Part shown: piece by piece, positions 21,312 through 31,502 of the stretch
Layout: every line of letters begins with the position of its first letter
Numbering within the stretch: position 1 is the first letter of the stretch
Assembly: GCA_963735595.1 (NCBI GenBank)
Contig: CAVTLK010000005.1
Span: forward strand, 576,001 to 640,000
Length of the DNA stretch: 64,000 nt
Source: an uncultured delta proteobacterium
Lineage (GTDB): Bacteria > Desulfobacterota > Zymogenia > Zymogenales > Zymogenaceae
Direction of reading: 5' to 3'
Made by a program: the position numbers and the translations under genes
Notes under the pieces: generated by a model
Databases searched by the model: none
What the model was told of the DNA's origin: nothing
Seen by the model: the letters and a program-made list of their open reading frames with translations, nothing else

Positions 21312-21851
21312 CTATTTCTTTGAACCTTCGAATACGCACGACTCGTCGCCCCTTGCGACGCATGCGGTCTCGATAATCTGCATTTCCTTAAAGCCCGCCG
21401 CGTGGAACATGGCCTCGAGCGCGCCGGCCTGAAAATCGCACACGGTGACGGTCGTCTTTTCCTTGAAACCGAGCACGAACGGAGAGTAGTGGAGGACAGT
21501 GCGGAATACCCCGTTCGCGCCGTCTATTTTTTCTATTACGTTGAAACCCCACCCCCGCTTTCCCGCCGTATCGGCGTAGAACTTCACGAGGTCGTCGCCG
21601 GTCAGTTTAAGGAGATCGATCATGATCTTGGACATCGACATGCCGATATCGTATCCGGCCCTGCGCATGAAGACCTTGGCGAGGTTGATGCCGCCGAGGT
21701 CGGCGGCGGAGCGCATCATGTTGCCGAAGGTCCCCTGGGGAGTGATGACGATCCGGTTGCCGAGCATGGTAAACATGCCGCCTTCGTCAACGGTGATGGA
21801 TTGTTTGATCTGTTCGAGGGTTTCCTCGGGGTTAGGGGGTCTGTAAGCCAT
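21312..21851 (-). CDS. V4R (4-vinyl reductase) domain protein
   Basis: GKRGWG, SPF, VCDFQAG, ETACVARGDESCVFE. Confidence 0.85.
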   Translation of the reverse strand: MAYRPPNPEETLEQIKQSITVDEGGMFTMLGNRIVITPQGTFGNMMRSAADLGGINLAKVFMRRAGYDIGMSMSKIMIDLLKLTGDDLVKFYADTAGKRGWGFNVIEKIDGANGVFRTVLHYSPFVLGFKEKTTVTVCDFQAGALEAMFHAAGFKEMQIIETACVARGDESCVFEGSKK

Positions 21852-22154
21852 AGCAGTCTCCTTTTCCGTCAGTATATAGATGTATTAGGGATTCTGTCAT
21901 GTAGTCTCAGTCTAAATACTTGTATTCCATCTATTAGTTAAATGCAATAAAAAACATGATAGAATATTCATATGCATACCTATGTGAAGCATTCGTACAC
22001 ATATTTTTAACGTCTTAGAAAGGCTCTCCCGCCGCGGGCTCGATACGGACGATCCTCATTATGCGTAGTGAAACAGTCCCGACAATCTCCTTGACCGGCG
22101 TTGCCCGGATACTCTATAATCAATAAATCCATACCCATGCCGGACGGGCAATCC

Positions 22155-23216
22155 ATGAAGATCCTCCATACGGCCGACCTCCACCTGCGCTCCGAGAACG
22201 ATGAGCGGTGGGCGGCGCTGACGGCAGTCGTAGAAATCGGAAAAAAGCAGAAGGTCGACGTCCTGGTCATCGCGGGCGACCTCTTCGACAGCGCTTCAGC
22301 CGCCGGGAGGCTCTACGATAAGCTCCGCCCCGTCTTCTCCAACGCCGGTTTTCCCACCCTGATACTCCCCGGCAACCACGACCACGATTCCTACCCCACG
22401 GGGATATTTCTCGGCGAAGGGGTCAGCGTCCTCTCGTCCCTGAGGGACCCCGTCGAGATCAGGGGCGTACGGTTCTGGGGACTTCCCTTCGTGCCCCGGG
22501 AGCAGCACGGCGTGCTCGCGCTCCTCCACTCGATCAGAGAGCTGGTTACCCCCGAAAAGGCCAATATACTCCTTTACCACGGCGAGCTGACAGACAAGAT
22601 CTTCGATCGTTCCGACCTGGGAGACGAGGGGGCCGAGCGCTATATGCCGGCACGGTTGTCCCATTTCGCGGATTTCGATTTTGCCTATGTATTGTCGGGC
22701 CACTTTCACACCTCCTTTGACATCTTTCGGTTCGGGGACGGCGGCTACTTCGTCTATCCCGGATCGCCCGTATCAGTCACCAAAAGAGAGACCGGGCAGC
22801 GCGCCGTAAACCTGTTTGAAATCGGCAAGACGCCCGCCCGGTTGGAACTGGACACCGCGCATTTCGTGTGGGCGGAGATCGCCTGCAGCCCCTTCTCGGA
22901 CGAGGACCCGGTTTCAGCGGTCAAGCAATGGATCGGCCGGCTCAACCCGAACGCGGCGCCGCTCCTTTCCGTAACGGGACTCATCGACGGCGCGCGGCTG
23001 GGGACCGACGAGACGAAGCTCATTACCGAGATCAGGAAGGCCGCGGGAAAACGGGCCGAAATAGACTACCGTGTCAAGGATATCTCCACGATCCTGGCCG
23101 ACGATCTCTTTGCCGCCTTCAGGGAGCGGCTCGCGACGGCGCCGGATCTTGACGAGGAGGGGAGGGAGCGCATCACGAGGATGGTCATCGGGGCCATGAT
23201 GGAGGCCGGCCGGTGA
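22155..23216 (+). CDS. SbcD/Mre11/YhaO-like metallophosphoesterase nuclease
   Basis: HTADLH, AGDLFD, PGNHD, LYHG, GHFH, YPGSP. Confidence 0.9.
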   Translation: MKILHTADLHLRSENDERWAALTAVVEIGKKQKVDVLVIAGDLFDSASAAGRLYDKLRPVFSNAGFPTLILPGNHDHDSYPTGIFLGEGVSVLSSLRDPVEIRGVRFWGLPFVPREQHGVLALLHSIRELVTPEKANILLYHGELTDKIFDRSDLGDEGAERYMPARLSHFADFDFAYVLSGHFHTSFDIFRFGDGGYFVYPGSPVSVTKRETGQRAVNLFEIGKTPARLELDTAHFVWAEIACSPFSDEDPVSAVKQWIGRLNPNAAPLLSVTGLIDGARLGTDETKLITEIRKAAGKRAEIDYRVKDISTILADDLFAAFRERLATAPDLDEEGRERITRMVIGAMMEAGR

Positions 23217-25534
23217 AGATTTCCGAATTCCACGTGATTCGCTACGGCCCGGTTCACTATAAAGATCCTTTCGCGCCGTCGGACTTCACCCTCTTCTGGG
23301 GGAAGAACGAGCGGGGCAAGACCCTGACGATAGACGCGCTGGTCAAGCTCCTCCTGGGCAAAGAGGCAAAACGGTTCGACAGGATCGAGCGGGTGGACGG
23401 GCAGCCCTCCGGCCACGTGGTTGTAACCATCGGCGGCAAGCCGGTGAAGCTCGCGGCTAAAGAGACCCTGACCGACGTCTGTGACCTTTCCGAGGCCGAG
23501 TGCCGCAACGTCTTTATTGTCAGGGCCAGTGACCTTTCCATCGGCAGGGACGAAAAGGAGCCGGAGGCCGATTTTTACGCCGCCGTTACCGACCGGCTGA
23601 CCGGCCTTAAGACCGAACAGATCACCAAGATAAAGAAGGCCCTCAGGAATGCGGGTAAGCTTACCCCCAAGGGCGACGACATCCGCGATACCCAGGCCGA
23701 GCCCGTAAAGAAGCGCCTGAATAGTGCGAAGAAACTCATCGAGACAATAGCCGCCATTGAGGACCAAATCGAACGGGAGCATTTCGACGAAATGGAGGAA
23801 ATGCTCATAGCCCGCCGTGACGAGAGGCAGATCATCGAGCGGGAGATAGAGGGCTACGAGTCGGCGCGAAAGCGGGAGCTCTACGAAAAGGGCAGGGCGG
23901 CCTACGAGCAGCTGGCTGCTTCCCTCATGAAACTGGCCGAGCTTGAAAAGGTTACCGAGGAAGACGAACGGGCATGGAGCGACGCCGACCGGGACCTTGC
24001 GCGGCTCATCGAGTCACGGGGCCGGACTGCCGACGCCCTGGAGACTCTCAAAAAGCGGCGGGACGATCTCGGCCAGCACATGACGGCCAGGCAGCGGGAC
24101 CTGGCCCTGCTCTCCGATCGGAAGAAGCGGTTGGACGACGAACTTGTGCCCGAGCTGAAGAACTACGAGATCAAGAGCGGAGACGCCGCCCGCAGGTCGG
24201 GCAGCCGGCGGTTTTACACCGTCTGGGCGTTGTCTTCGGCCGCCGTCCTGAGCGGCTGCCTGTTTGGGTTGGCCGCACGTCCGTCACCCGGCTGGTACGT
24301 TCCGGCGGCCCTGTCGGGCGTGTCGCTCCTGGTTGCGCTCGCGTATCTCTTCTTTTCCGTCAGGCAGGAGGCGTGGCTTTCGGGCATGTACCGGCGCATC
24401 GCGGTCGCCGCCTCCAAATATAAGCTCGCCGCGCCGACCATCGACGGGGTATTCGCGAAGATCCAGGAATTTTCAGACGGGTACCGGAGTGCCGAGGCAG
24501 AGCTGAACCGCCTGTCGGCCACGCGTGATGCCTGCGACGACGAGATCGCCAAAACGACCGGGCGTGAGCTTCCCGAGATAGAACGGAAAATCGCCGACGC
24601 GCAGCGCGTTATTGAGACGATCAGTATCAAGACGGGGTTTGAAAACCCCGCCGACCTGCGGAAGGCGCTCCGCGGCAAGAGAGAATACGAGGAGAACAGG
24701 GGGAGGCAGGCCGCGCTGCTCAGGAGCCTTTTCGGAGACCAGAACCTATCGTTGAAACAGTACCTGCCGTTCTGGAAAAGCGGTATTGAGGCCCTATCAG
24801 TCTTCGCGGACGCCAGGACCGATCTTGTGTATGATGACGCGGCCGTGTCGTCGCTCAAGGCAAAACGGGCCCAGGCCGAGGCCGCCGTCGACAGTATGAA
24901 CGCCACCCTCTCACAGATGAGGCGGGAGCTTTCCGCCGTCGGGCGGGACGCAGACGGTATCTTCGGGGAGATAACCGGCCCCACCCCGATCGAGACATCG
25001 GCCGATCTTATAATGACCAGGCAACGGCTTGGGTCCCTGATCGCGGGCATCGAGGCCGACCGGGACGATGCCCAGGCGGCGCTGGCCGTTTTCGACAGCA
25101 TCGAGGCCGAGGAACGCCGGCAGGTCTCGCAGCTTTTCGGTGAGGAGAGCCCCGTATCGGACTACTTTTCGACGATTACCGGCGGGCTCTATGCCGCCGT
25201 CCTGTTTAATCCCGCCGACGGCCTCATCAGCGTCGAGAACCGCGACGGGGCCGTGCTTACCGCCGACAAGCTCTCCTCCGGCGCCTACGACCAGCTCTAC
25301 CTGGCGGTTCGCCTGGCGCTGGGCCGTCGTATCGCCCCGGACGGCGCGGGCTTTTTCATCATGGACGACCCCTTTATCCGCTCCGACCCCGACCGGCTTG
25401 CGCTGCAGATGCGGATGCTGGCCGATATCGTCCGGGAGGGGTGGCAAGTCCTCTACTTCTCCTCCAAGGGCGAGGTCAGGCAGGCCCTGGAAAAGGAGAT
25501 CAAAAAAGACGCCGTGACGCTCATCGACCTCTGA
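23213..25534 (+). CDS. YhaN/Rad50-like ABC ATPase with coiled coils and two central TM helices
   Basis: Walker A GKNERGKT, signature LSSGAYDQ, Walker B IMDDPF, central hydrophobic hairpin; start overlaps the nuclease stop (GTGA). Confidence 0.85.
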   Translation: MKISEFHVIRYGPVHYKDPFAPSDFTLFWGKNERGKTLTIDALVKLLLGKEAKRFDRIERVDGQPSGHVVVTIGGKPVKLAAKETLTDVCDLSEAECRNVFIVRASDLSIGRDEKEPEADFYAAVTDRLTGLKTEQITKIKKALRNAGKLTPKGDDIRDTQAEPVKKRLNSAKKLIETIAAIEDQIEREHFDEMEEMLIARRDERQIIEREIEGYESARKRELYEKGRAAYEQLAASLMKLAELEKVTEEDERAWSDADRDLARLIESRGRTADALETLKKRRDDLGQHMTARQRDLALLSDRKKRLDDELVPELKNYEIKSGDAARRSGSRRFYTVWALSSAAVLSGCLFGLAARPSPGWYVPAALSGVSLLVALAYLFFSVRQEAWLSGMYRRIAVAASKYKLAAPTIDGVFAKIQEFSDGYRSAEAELNRLSATRDACDDEIAKTTGRELPEIERKIADAQRVIETISIKTGFENPADLRKALRGKREYEENRGRQAALLRSLFGDQNLSLKQYLPFWKSGIEALSVFADARTDLVYDDAAVSSLKAKRAQAEAAVDSMNATLSQMRRELSAVGRDADGIFGEITGPTPIETSADLIMTRQRLGSLIAGIEADRDDAQAALAVFDSIEAEERRQVSQLFGEESPVSDYFSTITGGLYAAVLFNPADGLISVENRDGAVLTADKLSSGAYDQLYLAVRLALGRRIAPDGAGFFIMDDPFIRSDPDRLALQMRMLADIVREGWQVLYFSSKGEVRQALEKEIKKDAVTLIDL

Positions 25535-25567
25535 TTGCTTCCGTAGCTCCGGCCGTCCCGCCCCCCC

Positions 25568-26953
25568 TCAATACTGCTCTAGCGCCCGCGCCAGCGGCTT
25601 GACCATCTCAGCCTTTATCATCGTGCCGTATATCTTTTTCCGCATCGGCGGTATACGCGCTAGCAGTGTCAAAAAGAAATTGATCCTCCGAAACTTTTTG
25701 TCCGCCTTCTGGGGAAACGCGAAGAGCCCGTGCTCCCGGTAGTACCGGTAGTCGGAGACGAACGGGAACCGGAGCCTCCCCCACACGTCGTCGCGGAAGA
25801 TCTTCCGTCCCGCGACACCCATGAACGTCATCGACCGGACGTACCCCGTCTCGGCGGCGTCCACGAGCCTTCCGGCAAGCCCGGTAATGAGGCCGGAAAG
25901 CCGGGCCGAATCCGCGATCTCGTCCGAGACAATATCCACGAGGCTTGCCCCCTGGGTCTCGAGGTAGCCGCGCAGGGCCTCCGCCAAGGGAGCGTTTGCA
26001 GACAGGGGGCCGGAGACGAGGCAGGCAACCTGCTTTCCTTCGAGAACCGGGATATGGGTCATGAAGAACGAACGGTCGAAGAAGAGCTTGAACCGCGACG
26101 AGAGGTAGCGCCCTTTGACCGACCCGGCAAGCACGAGGATATCTGCCGGGATCACCGTTTTTCGGTAGAATTCGATGAAGCCGTCCTTTCCCGTATAGGC
26201 GCACGTGTTGTCCCATCCGCACCTAATGCAGCCCAGGCACCCGCCGGCGATATCGATATCGTTGAGGTTGACGACCTGGGGCTTCGTAGAAAACGAGCGG
26301 CAGAAGGTGTCGATCATGCCGGCGAGATTAGGCTCGTCTCCGGAAATGTCGGTGATGACGGTGATGCGCTTTGCGCCGGGGTCGACCGCGGCCGCGGGGG
26401 GCGACGGTTTAAATCGGAACGCGGTGGCCGGGACCGGATAAAAAAGGCGGCTCGTCGGGGTCTTCGTTTTAACAGTGCGGAAGAAATCTTCGGCAAAGAG
26501 GATGAGCCGCCGGCGTTCCGCTTCGCTCATGAGATCGTGCATCTCCGGCGAATGATAGCCGACATACGACATTCCGAGGTCTTCCGATACCGCGCGGATA
26601 TAGCTGTGGGCGGTCTGGTCGTAGAAGTGGATCGAGGTGGAGAGGGACGCGGTATATTTGCCGGCGAATGCTCTTCCGGCCTCGCGCTCTCCTATCAGCT
26701 CGATGAACCGCATCAACCCCGCGTGGACGACCAGGTAATAGAGGGGGAACGCCCAGAGGACGGCGTCCGATTTCTTCACGGAGTCTATGACCGCCGAGAA
26801 GGCCGCCGGATCGTTCTCAATCTTCCTGATCTGCTGGGCGACCTGGAAGGTCGTATAGTCATGTTCGGGAAACTTCTTGATGATGTACTTGACATACTGC
26901 ATCGTGACTGACTGGTCGCCCTTGGGACTTCCCGCGAGAATCGTGATCTTCAT
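25568..26953 (-). CDS. Tandem flavodoxin-fold NAD(P)H-dependent FMN reductase / iron-sulfur flavoprotein
   Basis: AGSPKG, AFPLY, CLGCIRC...C, FFDR. Confidence 0.8.
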   Translation of the reverse strand: MKITILAGSPKGDQSVTMQYVKYIIKKFPEHDYTTFQVAQQIRKIENDPAAFSAVIDSVKKSDAVLWAFPLYYLVVHAGLMRFIELIGEREAGRAFAGKYTASLSTSIHFYDQTAHSYIRAVSEDLGMSYVGYHSPEMHDLMSEAERRRLILFAEDFFRTVKTKTPTSRLFYPVPATAFRFKPSPPAAAVDPGAKRITVITDISGDEPNLAGMIDTFCRSFSTKPQVVNLNDIDIAGGCLGCIRCGWDNTCAYTGKDGFIEFYRKTVIPADILVLAGSVKGRYLSSRFKLFFDRSFFMTHIPVLEGKQVACLVSGPLSANAPLAEALRGYLETQGASLVDIVSDEIADSARLSGLITGLAGRLVDAAETGYVRSMTFMGVAGRKIFRDDVWGRLRFPFVSDYRYYREHGLFAFPQKADKKFRRINFFLTLLARIPPMRKKIYGTMIKAEMVKPLARALEQY

Positions 26954-26987
26954 TTTCTATACCTCACTGTTTATACCGCGTTCTTAT

Positions 26988-27842
26988 TCATATAAACCGG
27001 ACATCGGCCGGTTTCCTGTCCACGGTCGTTACATACTTGAACTGGGGATACCCAAGAGTCAGTGCCGCGAATATTCGGCGTCCCCTTGGAATATCGAGGA
27101 GCTTCTCGACCGTTGTCGGGGCGAATTGGATAAACCCGTTGATGCAGGTCCCCAGTCCCAGTACATGGGCCGAAAGCATTAAATAGTGCTGGGCCGCGAG
27201 GCAGTCGTCCCGGGAGGAGGCGTTGCGTACGGGCGCATGGATTACGACAACGACCGGCGCCGCCCGCAGGACCGGGTTTTCGTTTTTCCGAGCCCGCTCC
27301 AGCAGCTTCCTGAACTTTGCCGCGGCGGTTTTCAACTCGCCGGCCTGGCGGGGCGCCACGAGCGACAGCGCCGATATCACCGCAGGATTCAAAACGACCA
27401 GCAAACGCCGGTAATGGTTCAGTACCGCTTCCTCAATCCGGTGCAGCGTTGTTGGATTCGAGACGACGACGAAGCCCCGGTCCTGTTTGTTCGTGACCGA
27501 GGGCGACATCCGCGCCGAGTTAACGATTCTCTCCAGCGTGTCCCGCTCAACAGGTTTCTTAGAAAAGTGCCTGATAGAGCGTTTGGACGAAAGGAGGTTT
27601 TCCAGTTTGTCGGCGGACACCGGGGCGGCTGAAACCGGCTTAAATGATCCCATGTCCATCCGGTTATGCGTGACGGCGCCGTTAGGACAAACGGCGACAC
27701 AGTGGCCGCAGAAAATGCAGTTTTCAGGATAGATGACCTCGGGTACGGTGCCCCTACTGAAGGTCGTTACGCCGTGCATACAGACTGTCACGCACTGGCC
27801 GCAACGGTGGCACTTGCCGCTGTTGTAGCTAATTACTTCCAT
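26988..27842 (-). CDS. Nitroreductase with an N-terminal 2x[4Fe-4S] domain
   Basis: CHRCGQCVTVC, CIFCGHCVAVCP, KRSIRHF, GLGTC, LGYP. Confidence 0.9.
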   Translation of the reverse strand: MEVISYNSGKCHRCGQCVTVCMHGVTTFSRGTVPEVIYPENCIFCGHCVAVCPNGAVTHNRMDMGSFKPVSAAPVSADKLENLLSSKRSIRHFSKKPVERDTLERIVNSARMSPSVTNKQDRGFVVVSNPTTLHRIEEAVLNHYRRLLVVLNPAVISALSLVAPRQAGELKTAAAKFRKLLERARKNENPVLRAAPVVVVIHAPVRNASSRDDCLAAQHYLMLSAHVLGLGTCINGFIQFAPTTVEKLLDIPRGRRIFAALTLGYPQFKYVTTVDRKPADVRFI

Positions 27843-28407
27843 GGACTTCTCCGTTCTTCTTTCTAGTAAGCCTCTTTTCAGTATCGTCGCACCAGCCGGC
27901 AATCGCTCGCGAAACGGCAATCCCGTACCTCACGGTCGAGAGCCAGAGAGTCAGCGGGCTCTCGTCTCCGGCAGTCTCATATTCGGCCAGTCGCCGCTCG
28001 ATGCGGGTATACCTCTCGAGAAGCTCCTCGCGATAGGAGCGCTCCTGCCTGATCTTTTCGATAATGGAATCCCTCGGGATGAGGTTGCTGAAGAATAGCT
28101 TGAGCAGAAATTCGTTGCGCTTCGGCTCGCCGCCCGGCGGGAGAGTGAGCCATTCGGTCAGCTGGCGTTTCCCCTCATCCGTGATCGAATAAACCTTCCG
28201 GTCGGGTTTACCCTTTCCCCTTGAAACGTCGACGGTTACCAGCCCCTGACTCTCCATGTGCCTCAGGACGGGATAGATGTGGCCGTAATTTTCCTGCCAG
28301 AAGTTGGAGATGGAAGAGTCGGTCATCTTCTTGATGTCGTAGCCGGACATCGGCGCCAGGGACAGGAGGCCGAGAATGGCGTATTTCGTCTTGTTTTCCT
28401 TCGGCAT
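27829..28407 (-). CDS. PadR-family transcriptional regulator (AphA-like C-terminal domain)
   Basis: AILGLL, SGYDI, GHIYP, RKVYSITDEG, FLLKLFF. Confidence 0.92.
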   Translation of the reverse strand: MPKENKTKYAILGLLSLAPMSGYDIKKMTDSSISNFWQENYGHIYPVLRHMESQGLVTVDVSRGKGKPDRKVYSITDEGKRQLTEWLTLPPGGEPKRNEFLLKLFFSNLIPRDSIIEKIRQERSYREELLERYTRIERRLAEYETAGDESPLTLWLSTVRYGIAVSRAIAGWCDDTEKRLTRKKNGEVHGSN

Positions 28408-28427
28408 GTCTTTTCTCCTTATAGCAG

Positions 28428-28457
28428 TATGATATATATCAGAGTGATATATATCAA
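28428..28457 (-). promoter_or_regulatory. padR promoter overlapped by two perfect palindromes TGATATATATCA (likely operators)
   Basis: Palindromes at 28430-28441 and 28445-28456; minus strand reads TTGATA, 17 nt, TATCAT. Confidence 0.75.
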
Positions 28458-28541
28458 GAAAAAAGTGACCCACATCCTTTTTTATCGGTGTCTTCGTGCA
28501 CCCCCGGTTCAATTTTCCTGCACGTCCGCAGTAGCAATTCA

Positions 28542-28615
28542 CCACAAAGGCACAAAGACACGAAGGAGGAAGAGAAGACCCTTCCCGTATTCTTTGTGCC
28601 TTTGTGTCTTTGTGG
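28542..28615. repeat. REP-like hairpin built from CACAAAG(G/A) units
   Basis: CCACAAAGGCACAAAGACACGAAG ... CTTTGTGCCTTTGTGTCTTTGTGG. Confidence 0.75.
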
Positions 28616-28746
28616 CGGGCCTGTCCGTACGACACGCCGGCCGGAGAATAACACCCGTTGCCGTCGCCGGAATTGGCCTTGCCTTTTCATTACGATGTCT
28701 GGTAGTATAAAAACAGGCGCCAATGTAGCCGCCGGAGGCAGCCGCG

Positions 28747-28942
28747 AGGCTGCTGACAAAGTACGGAATTTTAGAGGGCTGTCATCGCGAGGGCCCAAAG
28801 GGCCCGTGGCGATCTCGGATGCTGATATACATACTAACATGATTACGGGTAGTTACTGCGTCCGGGATTGCCACGGTCGCTATCGCTCCCTCGCAATGAC
28901 AAGAACACCGTTATTTCTGAAAAACGGGTTTGTCAACACTCT
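28747..28942. mobile_element. MITE-like non-autonomous element with an internal REP hairpin
   Basis: TIRs AGGCTGCTGACAAA / TTTGTCAACACTCT (11/14); flanking direct repeat GCCGGAGGCAGCCGCG at 28731-28746 and 28950-28965. Confidence 0.65.
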
Positions 28943-28983
28943 GGCGGCAGCCGGAGGCAGCCGCGTATTTGAGGAGCTTTCGT

Positions 28984-29807
28984 ATGACCTTTCGGCCTGC
29001 GTGGTGGATCAGGTTCCTGGCGATGACATGGCCGCTGACCCGTATCGCGGGGCGAATCTATCCCATTGCCCTGGTCGGACGGCTGCTCACCTTCGTGACG
29101 CTCCCCTTCTTTTCGCCCGCGCAAACAGAGTCTCACCTATATACCGATCAACCGGGAGGTTTCCGGGGAAGGCCTTCCGCCTTTCTGCCGCGTACTATCA
29201 CGGCCGATCTCATCGCCGGGTCGTCCCACCGCGCCGATTATCCATCGACTGTACGTGCCGCATGGACCGGGAGTGCGTCGATCATGACGCGGGCGTGGGG
29301 TGCATGCTGCTGGGCGACGGCGCGGCCGAGATAGACGGAAGGATCGCGCGCCACGTCACGAAGAGGAGGCCCTGGCTCACCTGGACCGGGCGCTCGTAGA
29401 CGGCCTGATGCCGTTGGTCGGCCGGGCCCCGATCGACAATTATATGTGGGGGGTCGCAAACCGCGGCAGGCTCCTGACCGTCTGTTTCTGCTGCCGCTGC
29501 TGCTGCACGATCCTCGGGTCGGCCAGGTACCTGCCGGCCGAGATACACGCGTCGATCATGCCCGTGCCGGGAGTGACGGTCACGACAGATGCGGCGGCCT
29601 GTACGGCGTGCGGCGCCTGTGTTCGGGAGTGCTTCATGGGAGCGCTCACGCTCGTGGGCACGACGGTTGTTCGCGACGAATCGCGATGCAAGGATGCGGG
29701 CGGTGCGCGTCGATTTGCCCCGCGGCGGCCATAAAGTGACGGTAGATCAGCAAACGGCCCGCGCTCAGGTGTCGGGCCGTATCGGGAAGTTTGTCGATTT
29801 CCGATAG
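28984..29807 (+). CDS. Cys-rich 4Fe-4S binding protein, several frameshifts
   Basis: CTCR, GCM, VCFCCRCCC, CTACGACVREC and C(K)GCGRCASICP across frames; SD GAGGAG. Confidence 0.75.
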
Positions 29808-29877
29808 ACGCCGACGGGCGGACGTCTGCCGAGAGGTCCGGCGGAATATCACCGGTCAAATACAGGATTATATAACG

Positions 29878-31404
29878 ATGAAACTCGATGAATTTCAGAC
29901 GCTCGATCGAATCATCCACCCCGCGTCGGTCGCGGTGGTCGGCGCGTCCAGCAGCCCCGGAAAATTCGGCTGGCTCTACCTCAAGGCGCTGATCGATCTC
30001 AATTTTTCGGGCAGGCTCTTTCCCGTCAATGATCACGCCGACGAGATCCTCGGGGTCAAGACCTATTCCTCCCTCGCAGAGCTTCCCGAGGTGCCCGACC
30101 TCCTGGTGGTTACGGTGCCGGCCCGGTTCGTTGCCGACTACCTCGAAGAGGCGCTGGCCCTCGGCATCCCCGGGGCGGTGGTGATGTCCTCGGGATTTAC
30201 GGAGCTGAGCCAGGAGGGCGCCGCCATGCAGGCGCATATCGCCGATATCGCCGCGCGCGGGATTCGGATTATCGGCCCCAACTGCTTCGGGATCTACTCC
30301 CCCAGGGCCGGTATCACCCTGATCCCCGGCTCGGGATTTTCCCGGGATTCGGGGCCGGTCGGGTTTTTTGCCCAGAGCGGCGGGATGACGGCCGACCTCG
30401 GCCAAATGGCGATGAGCCGGGGGATTCGTTTTTCGGCGATGATCAGCTACGGCAACGCCGTGGACGTGGACGAGATCGAACTGCTGGAATATTTTGCCGC
30501 CGACCCGAACACCCAGTTTATCGCTTCCTATATGGAGGGGGTCAAGGACGGCAGGCGGTTTTTTGAGCTGGTCGACAAGGTGGCAAAGGTAAAGCCGGTC
30601 GTCATCTGGAAGGCGGGGATCACCGAGGCGGGGGCGCGCGCGGCGGCAAGCCATACCGGATCGATGGGGGGAAGCCGCGAGCTATGGGAAAGTCTCTTTT
30701 CCCAGACCGGGGTGATCGGCGTCCGGGGATTGGAGGAGATGCTGGACGTCCTGATGATGCTGGCCTACGTCTATCCCCGCGGGGGCAGGAACGTCGCGAT
30801 TGTCGGCGGCGGAGGGGGGCTGGCGGTGGAGGCCTCGGACCTGGCGGAGCTCTCGGGACTCAGGCTTCCCCGGTTCCCGGCCGAGGTGAGCGAGCGGATC
30901 GCGGCCCTGCTGCAGGGGGCGGGGTCGGCGCCCACCAACCCGGTGGACGCGGGAAACCCGGTGGTGCACCCGAGCGTCCTGATAAAGATCATGAAGATGG
31001 CAGCAGAGCTTCCCGAGGTCGATACGCTGATGGTGGTGCAGTTTCTCTTTCACGTCTACATCCTGTTTCGGCGAATGTCCGGCCAGGCCGATATCCCGCT
31101 CTCGACGTTCGCGACGTATCCCGTCCTGGCCGAGGGGATACGGGAGATCTGCAGCGAGTTCGGTAAACCGGTCATCGGCGTGTTTCCCGAAACGGCGACC
31201 TCCGAAAACGACGATGAGGTAGAGCTCGAGATCGAGTGGCGTAAGGCACGTCACGCCCTGCTGAACGCCGGGGCGCCGGTCTACCCCTCCATGGAGCGGG
31301 CGCTCAATGCCCTGGCCAAGGTGGTGGACCACCTCGAGTACCTCAAGTCGCGGGGGATCGTGCCCGCGCCGATCGGGGAGCGCTGCGTTGTGACGCAGTA
31401 TTGA
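29878..31404 (+). CDS. ADP-forming acyl-CoA synthetase alpha subunit (CoA-binding domain protein)
   Basis: AVVGAS, IGPNCFG, QSGG, SYGN, ASHTGS, NPVD. Confidence 0.9.
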   Translation: MKLDEFQTLDRIIHPASVAVVGASSSPGKFGWLYLKALIDLNFSGRLFPVNDHADEILGVKTYSSLAELPEVPDLLVVTVPARFVADYLEEALALGIPGAVVMSSGFTELSQEGAAMQAHIADIAARGIRIIGPNCFGIYSPRAGITLIPGSGFSRDSGPVGFFAQSGGMTADLGQMAMSRGIRFSAMISYGNAVDVDEIELLEYFAADPNTQFIASYMEGVKDGRRFFELVDKVAKVKPVVIWKAGITEAGARAAASHTGSMGGSRELWESLFSQTGVIGVRGLEEMLDVLMMLAYVYPRGGRNVAIVGGGGGLAVEASDLAELSGLRLPRFPAEVSERIAALLQGAGSAPTNPVDAGNPVVHPSVLIKIMKMAAELPEVDTLMVVQFLFHVYILFRRMSGQADIPLSTFATYPVLAEGIREICSEFGKPVIGVFPETATSENDDEVELEIEWRKARHALLNAGAPVYPSMERALNALAKVVDHLEYLKSRGIVPAPIGERCVVTQY

Positions 31405-31502
31405 CGACACGCGATAAGCAGGTTTTCGGGGGCCGTCAAGGAGAAGAGGAACTCCTGAATTTTGGTGATACGTGTCGCGTTCGTAATAGACTAACAGATA
31501 GT

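Noticed and set aside
28430..28965. Possible CRISPR array in the repeat-rich intergenic region
   Set aside because: No repeat-spacer periodicity and no cas genes; the repeats are inverted or present in two copies only.
28488..29399. 303-aa ORF spanning the repeat region
   Set aside because: It runs through REP/MITE sequence and joins a frameshifted piece of the 4Fe-4S gene.
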